Assembly (NCBI GenBank): GCA_001179505.1
Contig: CDMY01000691.1
Coordinates: 1 to 30,058 of the forward strand
Reading direction: 5' to 3'
DNA length: 30,058 nt
Origin: Vitrella brassicaformis CCMP3155
Taxonomy: Eukaryota; Protista; Chromerida
Positions 12,913 through 22,084 of the stretch are shown here, piece by piece. The notes beneath the pieces were generated by a model. It saw only the letters and a program-made list of their open reading frames with translations. It did no database searches and was not told where the DNA came from. The translations under genes and the position numbers were made by a program. How positions within the stretch are numbered: position 1 is the stretch's first letter; each line of letters begins with the position of its first letter.

Positions 12913-15835
12913 GTTCTCTCTCTGTGTGTGTGTATGTGTGTGTATGCGTGTCTGAAGGTCTCCCCTCCCCTCCCCTCCGCACCGGAAGAAGTTGAGTCTG
13001 CGGAGAAGCCGAGTGCGGAGTGCGCGGCACCTGAGGTGCCGCAGGTAGTAGAATGAGCGCACATTGTGGGAAGGCAGGAGATGCTCACGATCGGCCGGCT
13101 CCTCTACACACACCCCACACACGCACACACGCACAGAGCTCCTTGTGCAATCCAACAGACAGACTGCCTACCACACCACTGGACTGACCTGCAGGCCCTG
13201 AGGGCCCTATAGGTATGTGGTCGAACTGCGCCCCCGGCCCCCTCGCGACACCGCCACCTATACGGTGATAGCTCACCCCGCCATCCTCATTTACACCAAC
13301 ACCCACTCCCCTGCTGCCAGGCTTGCTCTGCGTGTGGTGGGTCTCCTGCCGGGAGAACGACCTCGACCGTGTCAGAGAAGTGCGTCTGCTTTTGTCGGTG
13401 TCGAAGGCGTGCAGCAGTCGCTGTGTGTGGGTGTCGGCGAGGTCATTGAGCCGCCGCAGGACGTACTTGAGGTCGTGCGACTTGAGGAAGTCGTGTTCGC
13501 TGCGGAGGAGGCCGTCGATGCCGCCCTCGTGCACACCGTCGCTTGACGACTGAGCTGACAACCATCCCTCCATCCATCCATCCGTCCATCCATATCACAA
13601 TGTGTCCCCCTCGCTCACCTCTGCGCGCAACGTCGTCCACATCCTGCGCGGCTGCCGATAGACCCGTGGCGGCACGGTCGCCTGTGCAGTAAAACGGGCA
13701 CGATCGCATTTGTGTGTGGATGTTTGTGGCGGGCAGATGTTGGGGCTCATACCGACCGGTGAGGCTAGCTGCCTTTTGTCTGCTGGGCAGCCGGGGCCGC
13801 GGGAGGTGCTCATAGTAGTAGCGCAGGATGTGACGCTGGTGAATGACAAGACACACAGGGATGTGCCTGTGTCTGTGGTGTGCGACCTACCTGTTCGAGG
13901 ACGACCGGGTCGACTCGGGGGATGTAGCAGACGAAGGGCAGCCAGTTGCACGCCTTCAAGTACTGCGATGATCAACCGATGGATGCACACGCACAGAGAC
14001 AAGGAGTGTAAGTAAGCACGCAGCTCATCTCTCTGTGCTGACTGACTGACCATGGTGGGCTGCGGCTCGTCGCCCTCCTCCCTCCCCAGCGACAGCCCAG
14101 CGTCACCCTCTACCACACCCACCATCCATCCATCCATCCATCCATTCATCCATCCATGCCAACACAACCGATTCTCTCCGTTCCTTGCTCACCGTCGTCG
14201 ATTCCCTCACTCTCCAGCAGCCTCTGCAGCGACGAGGGGTCATCGCCGCCCCCCTTACCCCCGCCCCCTCCAGCACTCTGCGGCCTCGTCTGGGGGGCGC
14301 GCATCGTCACTGACCGCACCGCGGCCGCAGCTGCCGCCACCTTCGCACCGTGGCTGTGCTGCTGCTGCTGGTGGTGGGGCTGGTGGGGGTGGCCACCCGA
14401 TGACGTGGCCGGGCGGCCAGTGCCGCCACGCTTGTCCGCTGGGTGCTCGTCTGAGAGGGGAGACAGACAAGCGGCTTGGGGGTGGGGTGTCTATGCGTGT
14501 GCGTGTATGTGTGTGCAGTTACCAGTGTTTGCGGATGTGTTTCGCCTGTCTGGTTGAGCCTTTGAGTGATAGGGGGGGAAGCGCGTCTGGCGGATCTGCC
14601 GCTGGAAGTGGTGCGGGAACTCCATGGACACCTGTGCCGCACCCACACCACACCACACACAGAGGGAGGAACACATGATGAGTGTGAGTCTGTCTGTCTG
14701 TCTGTCTGTCGGTGTGTGTGTGTGCATTGATTGATATACCTGGTGCAGGAAGGCGTGTCCGCTGTCAGTGTGGATGGAGGTGGTGATGTCGAAACACGCT
14801 CCAAGCTTCACCAACAGACGCTCCAGCTGATCGAGGGAGGGACCAATCGATGGATCGATCAGCTGGCCTGGCGGCAAATTGGCCATGTCGCCAGTCAGTC
14901 GTGTTGCCCCTACCTGTGGTCGCGAGTACACCAGCAGGGGCAGTTGCGTCCTGTCAGCACGGGCCAGCAGCTCGGCGCTGCCCCTCGTGTGGTGATGACG
15001 CTCCTCGTCGCCCTCCTGATGTATACGATGACGCACACACAGCTGATCTGCTCTGGTGTCTGGCCACCCACCCCTCCCACCCTCCTCCCACCGTGTGTGG
15101 CCATCGCTGCTGTGTCTGCGTGTCTTTGTCTTTGTTGCTGTGCAGCATCTTGACGACCTCCAGACACATGAGCCTGACGCAGCACTAACACCAGTAAGTG
15201 CCGGATGTGTCAGGCGGGGTCCACTCTATCACGCACACGCACACAGGTACACTCACACATCGTGTGTGTGTTCACCATATGGTCTGGCGGTGGGTGAGGC
15301 CCACATACTGGAGCTGCGCGATGAACCTGCATGACATGAGACAAACAAACAGGGTGTGGTTATTGTGTTTGTTGTGTCTAGGTCGATTGGTCAAGAAAGA
15401 CACACGCACTTTTTGAGGTGCCACGTGAGGTGGTGGTGTGACACCAGCTGCCGGATGTGCACCACCAAATCAGCTGGATGGATGGATGGATGTGGGCAGA
15501 CGTCGGTGAGACACACACACACACACACATACACACGGTGAACGACCACAACCAAGCGGGCCATCTCTCACCGAGGAAGAGACAGCTGGTGGATTGAGAC
15601 ACAGGAAGGTCTGCAACACAATTGATTGGTCGTGGTTTGTGTGTTTGCGTGTGTGTCTCTAGCAGCGCACGTCTATCTGTGTCGGTCCACGGCTTGCTTA
15701 CTGGATGAGTAGAGTGGCTGGTTTGAGGCCGACACGGCCACCGGCGGGCGATGCCGCTCTGAACACACACCACACCAGACCAGACAGACCACACATAAAT
15801 GTCTTCCTGCCTGTCCTCCATCTCTCTCCCTCCCT

Positions 15836-15866
<31 letters not shown>

Positions 15867-16712
15867 ACGCGGTGGGTCGATCGGCTGCAGCCGCACCGTC
15901 CGGGCATCATTCACCTCTATCTGCAGCAAGACACCACGAATCAGCACATGCGTCCGTCATATACACACACACGACACTCTCGTTGCCTACTTCAGCCTGG
16001 AGCGTCCTGAGGTGGTGTGTGGCGGCCTCCGAGATCCTCGTCCACTCCACAGCGTCGTGAACCATACGACCCAAGCTGCAAGGCGCACAGGCACACAGAT
16101 ACATATTTATTGACACACTGAAACATATGTACGCAACGACCGGTTCTGCGCACCGGTCGAGTAGAGCGACCTTCTGGCTGACAAGCGCGTCTCTCCTGCG
16201 CGCAAACACCATCAGCAGCCGCCGCTGCGTTGACTCGAGATCCATGTCGAGACGCCCAGCGTCCTCCCACGCCTGCACACACACAGACACGGATCTCGTC
16301 CGGACGATTGCCATGGCAATCAATCATTGCATGCCTTGACGATCTTGTGGACGCTTGAAGTCGGCTCCGGCACCTTTGGCAGCTCCGTCAGCACCCGCCT
16401 CACCTCCTGCCGCCTCTCCCTGAAGCGCTCCACCGACTCGAGCAGCTCGAGGTGGGGCGGCACGTACATGGCCTTGCCCTTGCCCGCTGCTGCACCGCCC
16501 TGGGCCCCTGGGGCTGTGGCGGCCGCGAACGCGTCATCGCGCTGCTGGCGGTCCTCTGCAAAAACCTTGTCGATGCGCCACTTTTTGCAGAGCTCGAGGT
16601 AGCGCTTGTGCGTGTCGATGAACTTGCTCTCGAGCAGCTGCACGCCCTCGTCGATGGGCGTGGGGCCGCTGCCCTGCAGCAGCTGATCCAACAGGGAAGC
16701 AAACGACGCCAT
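2349..16712 (-). CDS. Giant multi-exon coiled-coil protein (roughly 3000 aa), CCDC162/DUF4549-like
   Basis: ATG at 16712 (MASFASLLDQLL), stop TGA at 2351-2349, with several dozen exons; the many junctions I checked join in frame. Segments FYYLRHLRCRALRTRLLRRLNFFRSIQRQL, VRDPLGVLVVHDAVLADLDQLQEEILTIGTFFI, DRCGVLLDAYECEGAYHEAKGRLVEAYWEIYEH and RRDLSQRITDVMAQRPRIDLKEEYF match my recollection of CCDC162/DUF4549 blocks. The C-terminal third is heptad-rich. The family call is from memory, and not every exon boundary was verified. Confidence 0.7.
3307..3606. other. Assembly gap (300 N) flanked by poly-G runs, inside an intron of the giant gene
   Basis: N-run 3307-3606 with G6 before it and G17 after it. 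The minus-strand donor at 3709 (GAA G|GTACGT) and acceptor at 3287 (CAG|TG CGT CGT CTG) are phase-compatible and give ...SKEVRRLQEALKRE... Confidence 0.9.
9187..9212. repeat. (AG)13 microsatellite, intronic; representative of many (CA)n/(GA)n/(CAGA)n/(GGAT)n/(CCCT)n tracts in the window
   Basis: Read directly from the sequence. Similar tracts occur at about 764-785, 12885-12912, 15842-15866 and 21804-21852. Confidence 0.9.
9936..10012 (-). repeat. Intronic polypurine tract (GGGAGA/GGGGA repeats on the sense strand)
   Basis: The + strand reads ccctctttccctctccctctccctctccctctccctcccctcccctccctctccctcccctttctc, which gives many G3-G4 runs in the pre-mRNA. Confidence 0.8.
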
Positions 16713-16859
16713 CCTTTTCGCTTTCTTTCCCCCACCGTCCTTTGCTGCGCGCTTAGCTTCGAGGCCCCCTTCAAGCTCGCAGTTCCTCTTGAAGAATCGC
16801 GCGGAGATCTTCCCGCCTGTCACGTGTTGATTGAGTCTGTCGGTGCGTCGATTTTCGTC
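16713..16859. promoter_or_regulatory. Candidate compact bidirectional promoter/5'UTR region (147 bp between divergent ATGs)
   Basis: Divergent ATGs at 16712 (-) and 16860 (+). The interval has no microsatellites and contains CACGTG at 16821-16826. The function is inferred from gene geometry only. Confidence 0.45.
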
Positions 16860-17087
16860 ATGAGCGCCAAGGAGGAGCCGAAGAGCTCTTCTGCTGCGGA
16901 GGAGGAGGCCAAGGAGGAGTCTGAGAAGGGCAAGGAGGAGGACAAGCCGAAGGAGAAGCCGCGGCCCAAGACGCCGCCCAAGAAGAAGTTCGAGCAGCCC
17001 AAGCCGGAGCTCGTCGACTGGCAGCACTACATCTCCTGGAAGGTCATCGGGACACCGGGCAGCAAGACGCGCACGCTCCAAAACTGA
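16860..17087 (+). CDS. Intronless 75-aa small protein with an E/K-rich N-terminus and an aromatic-containing C-terminal block
   Basis: ATG 16860 to TGA 17085-17087: MSAKEEPKSSSAAEEEAKEESEKGKEEDKPKEKPRPKTPPKKKFEQPKPELVDWQHYISWKVIGTPGSKTRTLQN. Strong G/C third-position bias (GAG, AAG, CCG, TTC) like the other genes, followed by GT/GGAT-rich 3'UTR-like sequence. Confidence 0.7.
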   Translation: MSAKEEPKSSSAAEEEAKEESEKGKEEDKPKEKPRPKTPPKKKFEQPKPELVDWQHYISWKVIGTPGSKTRTLQN

Positions 17088-17805
17088 CGGCTTACTCGAC
17101 GGACGGCATCACATCAAGAGCAACCACAAGGCCAGACCACTCGTTTGTTGATGTCTTGTCAGCTGGGAGGGAGCTGCGTGATGGGCGGTGTCTGGGAGGG
17201 AGGGAGGGAGGGGATCTTTTTCCCCGCTGCGCGTGTCTGCTGATAAACGAGCCTTTCACTCACTCGTTGAGGGGGGTGGTGGGGGGAGGGGGGAAGGATG
17301 TGGGTGTGATGAGGTTAATGTGCTGCCGGCAAGTGTTTTTTCCCTGTGTCTGAATTGCTGGATGGTTGATGGATGGATCATCGATGTGTGAGCTGTCTGT
17401 CAGGCAGACAGGGGGTGTGGTGTGTGCATGGTATGTGACGTGACGTGACGTATGCTGCACTAACGTCTACACGTTCTAGTGACTGACTAGTCACATGTGA
17501 TCAACGTTGGTTGTACAACTATTAACGCGTGTTTGATCTCAACACACTCATGGCTGAATGGATGGATGGACAATCAACCCGTCTGTCGTTGTGCGAGTTG
17601 CAAACATACCACACCACACACAGTGCACAACACCCACCAGCAGTCTATCCACCCCCAATCCCAATCAGCCAGACGCACCCACAATCAGGCACTGTCAATC
17701 AATCACCCTTCAATGGCACCGCACACGCCATCACTATACCCCGCCCGCCCACCCACCCACCCACAATTGCCCCTTCCCTGTCCCGTAGCTATTTCTGCTA
17801 TCTAT

Positions 17806-20507
17806 CTACTTGTAGTGTATGCCCTCAGTGTTGTAGGGGTGGTGGTGGCTGTGGTGGTACTGTGCCTGGTAGGCCGTGATCTGCGCCTCGGCCGACAGCA
17901 ACGGCGTGGGCTGCAGCTGATGCGGCGCACCGGGCGGACCGTCACCACACACCTGAAACCATTGAATGGAGGAACGAACCAACGAACCAACGAGACGCAC
18001 ACCACACCCGTAGACAGACGGAGCCACAGGCCGACAGACAGACAGACAGACGTTCATTGCGTCCGTCTCCCCTCATCCCTCCCTCCCCCATCTGTCTGTG
18101 CTCACTGACCTCCTCGCTATCGTCCTTCTCCTCTTCCTCTTCCTCTATGTCGTCATCCTCCTCCTCTCCCTCCTGGTGCTCGGGGTGCGACTCGTCGTGG
18201 CCCAGGGTGTGGCGACTGCCCCCCCGCCGCGACACCGACACGCGACCCGCCCAACTCAGCACCGCCATGGCGTACTCCATGTCCTCCTCGGCCGGCGGCT
18301 GGTTGTTGGAGGAGGCCTTGTCCACACCCACACCACCACTGGTCAGTGGCAGGTAGGATGACCGGCGACTCTTGGGCTTGTTCTTGGTCTTGTCCCTTTT
18401 GGATTTGGTCTGGCCGGCCTGGCCGGCCTTGTCCCGGTCTCTTGCGCCCATCTTGGAGCGGATTGCCTGGTGGAGCGGCGACATCGGCAGGCCGTTGTTG
18501 GAGTGCTCTTGGTAGAGACGGCACACCATCGGCCACAAACCACTGATCGGACAGACGGGACAGTGGAGGGAGAGGGAGGACAGAGATCAGGAGGCTGGTC
18601 GATGTATGTCTGTGTGCCTGCCTGTGTGCCTGTCTTCACACCACCCGGGTAGACTGACCGCTTGTGAGCGAGGCGCAGGAGCTCCGGGTTGCGGAGCAAG
18701 CAGATACGATGGCCAGACATACCTGACACGCATCAACCCAATAAGCCAAGAAGAACGGGCTGCTTTGCTGCCTTGCCTTGATGGTGGGTGCATTCTGTGT
18801 GTGGTGTGGCGTGTGCGTCCACCGTCCACCATCCACCCACCCACCCGCCCACCTGTGAGCCGTACGGCCTTTCTGACGATCTCCCTGCCCGCCTCGCCTA
18901 TGGTCAGCTGCATACCGCTCTGGTAACGGATCATCTGCACACACATGAGCATGACACACAACACACTCGTGGAGTGCATCGCATCCTACACCTCCTCCCT
19001 CCCTCCCCTCTCCCCTCTGGACAGACAGCAAGCATACCGCTTCAGCTGGGCAGTGGTTGAGCTCCTGCATCTCTGCGCAGGTGGCCCGGTGCCCCCGGAT
19101 GCTAATCGACGCCGTCACGTCCGCACTGTCACCATCGAAGATGCTACCGCCCTTCTCCCCCTTCTCCCCCTCCCCCTCGTCCTCTCCCCCCTCGGAAGCC
19201 TCCAACTGCTGGTCCGCCTCCTCTTCGTCAACATGGTCATCGTCACAGCTATCTGCTATCGCATGTCTGCCACCGCGCCGGCTCCGCTGCTTCTTGGCGG
19301 CCTGCTTGGTGCGGGACTGCCGGCGGCTCCTCTTGCGGCTCTTGACCCTGATGCCCTCGAGCCAGCCGCCGCTCCCGCTCCCACTCCCGCCGTCCTCCCC
19401 CTCCTCCTCACTCCTGATACCTGACGACGCACACTCACACACACACGGTGTGACGTACGTATGTGCCTTATTGGCTTGCGAAACGTTCTGTGCGATGGGT
19501 GGGTGCGTGGCTGGTCAGTCACTGACTGAACTCACTTTGAGCAGAGGCCAGCAGGGGGTCGGTGAAGGCCAAGGCGGGGTCCTTGAGGAGGTCCATCTTG
19601 CTCCTCTTCTTCATGACGGGCGCGGCGATGACGGCGAGGGGCACCAGCCGCCGCTGCCAGTAGGCGCTGTCGTCGGCCATGGTCATACCCATGCCCATCG
19701 CCACAGCCGCCACGTCGCCCCTCTTGCCTCGCCACTTGCGCTGGCCGTGGTAGCGTCGGTACTCCTCCTCTCCCTCCTCCTCTTCTTCCTCGACGGCCGT
19801 GGCGAGCATGTTCAGCCCATGGAGGTCGCTATCGGTGCGTGTGGTGTTGGGCCGCTTCTTCTGGCGCGGCAGCGGTGGCATGGCCTGGTCCAGGGCGCCC
19901 TTGAAGGCTGCACAAAACTCAGAGGCACCGCCCGGCAAAACCCCTGGACACACAGCCCACAGAGACACACACACGCAACTTTGTGAGAGAGAGGGAATGG
20001 CGCCGCGCCCTCCTCGCCCAAGCGTAGGGTCTTTACTCCTCCTCCTCCTCTGCTGCGCCGTGCTGTGCTGTGCTGTGCTGACCCAAGCGTGGCGCTTCTC
20101 CCTCTACCTCCTCCATCCTGCTCATCCGCTGCTCATCGTCAGTAGCTATCCCGAAACCACCACCTTGCCCTCGCCCACCGCAGATCCCCGCAGCCAGCCT
20201 GCTGGTGGTGCCCTCAGCGGCTGCTGAGCGGCCGTCCGTGGGATGGTGGGCGCGCAACACGGAGCTGTGGAGGTCATTGGTGTGGTTGGTGTGCGCGTCG
20301 GGTGCTTTGGAGAGGCCGGGGGGACCCTCCGAGGCCACCAGGGCGGGGCTGAAAGGCGGCACAGGGCACGCAGCAGGGATCGTGGGAGGAAGATGCATAT
20401 TCGGTAGTACGAGAGCGTGGAGGTGAAACGGCTTCCTACCTGCGATATTGGTGGGCTGGAGCTGAGGAGGTGTACGCCACCTCCCCCTCCATGCCCTGCT
20501 CCTCCAT
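17806..20507 (-). CDS. Uncharacterised ~616-aa low-complexity protein, probably nuclear
   Basis: Exons 20507-20440, 20348-20083, 19943-19536, 19420-19038, 18934-18853, 18722-18659, 18542-18110 and 17952-17806 join in frame (1851 nt) with GT-AG sites. It has basic NLS-like clusters (RQKKRP, KSRKRSRRQSRTKQAAKKQRSRR) and acidic tracts. An upstream in-frame ATG at 20669 is an alternative start. Confidence 0.7.
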
Positions 20508-21767
20508 TATCCTGCTAATCGTTCTGGTTGTTGTGTTCTGGGTTCTGTTTAACGAGACTCGTAACCCCGGAGATCCTCTTCTTGGCCAGGTCGCGAGTTT
20601 CTGGCCCGGTGCGGAGGAACGGCACAAGCCCCCGCAGGCATCTGGCCAGTGAGTGCGGTTGAATGACATGATGCTTTTGACACCTGTTAGTGCGTGTGTG
20701 CTGGCATACGCGCAGGGATGGCTGAAAAGGAGGGAGGCATGACCAGGTCTGTAAGTAAGGCAGCTGCACAATTGGTGAGTGAGAGTTAAGTCTGTCTGCC
20801 TGTTTTTCTGTCTGTCTGTCTGTCCGTTTACAAATTCCCCCCAAAGTCTCCCTCCCTCCCGTGGCAGGCAGGCAGGCAGGCAGGGATGTGAATGCCTGCC
20901 TGCTGCTTCCGGTCCCCCCATCGCCCCATATGAATGAAAGTGACACATACACCACACAGACCCGCAGAGAAAGATACACACACCACAAACCGCACTCAAG
21001 GCACACACACATTCAAAGGAGGCAGCTCCGGCACACAGAGTCAGTCAGTCAGTCGTTCACACACACCCACACACCCACACACACGCGCTGGAGCCACACA
21101 CATACACACACACGCGCTCTTCTCCTTCTCTCGTTCTCTCTGTGGGTGCTCTGAGGGGTGGGTCGACGGGCCATATATCGCCCCACAGACGCATCGACAC
21201 ACCGCTCATCTCATCTCATCGCTCATTCACTTCTTCATTCGCTGCACTCTCACTCACACAAGCCTCCACAAAACCAGTGCCAACCGATCCCTCAGACCCA
21301 CCCATCCCCTGTGTGTCTGCCTGTGACGGTCACTGCACTAGGTAACAAAGACAGGCGCCAAGGTGGGAGGGGAGGGGGAGAGGGGAGAGGGGAGAGAGGA
21401 GAGAGGAGAGAGGAATCACACGCGCACACCACAAATCGGCCAGAAATCTCCGCATTCAAATACCCCCCCACCCCAGTCAGTCTGGCAGCTGCCTGGCAGT
21501 GCCAATGCCTGTCTGTCTGTCCCTCACTCGTCAATCCATCCATCCATCCGACCAGCTCATCTCCCAGTGAGTGTGCTGGCGCAAAAATCAGTCAGGCCTC
21601 AGCTTGCCTGACCGTCCACAGCCAGGCAAAGCGACGGAAAAGGCGCTCATACAGAGAGCAGTCGCATGGCATGGTGGCCATGCCGGCAGGCCGGCAGCCA
21701 GGAACTAGGTAGCTCGGTGCGCATAGCCGGCTGGCTGGCTGGCTGCTCTGCTCCTGCAAAATGGATC

Positions 21768-21804
21768 GGTGGATGGATGGATGGATGGAAGGGCCCCCAT
21801 AGGC

Positions 21805-21836
<32 letters not shown>

Positions 21837-21852
21837 ACAAACACACACACAC
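21768..21852. repeat. Compound (GGAT)n and (CA)n microsatellite in the intergenic/3'UTR region
   Basis: Read directly from the sequence. Confidence 0.85.
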
Positions 21853-22084
21853 GCGCAGTCCATCCACAAATTAAGCCCACTCACATCACACTCAGACACA
21901 CACACCCCTCCCCCCCCACACACATGCATCGCACCACCATTCATCACTCACTCACTCACTCACACAACACATGCAGCGTACGCCAACAAATTGCCGTCAT
22001 CGTCTGTCTCATATCATCCCTCTCACCGACCCATACATATCCACGGCCAACACGACACACTCACTCTACAGACCCACGACGCCC

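Noticed and set aside
16713-17081. In-frame upstream extension of the giant gene (ORF 16320-17081, Leu-rich 'signal-like' N-terminus)
   Set aside because: It starts at a non-ATG codon, and the Leu/Arg-rich part is simply the reverse complement of the AAG/GAG-rich small + gene.
17305-17353. Possible C/D snoRNA boxes (GTGATGA ... CTGA)
   Set aside because: The spacing is only about 45 nt, there is no terminal stem, and it lies in a GT-rich 3'UTR where such words arise by chance.
20470-20652. 60-aa + strand ORF with a hydrophobic TM-like stretch (IILLIVLVVVFWVLF)
   Set aside because: It starts at a non-ATG codon and overlaps the first exon of the minus-strand gene. The hydrophobicity comes from a GTT-rich run.
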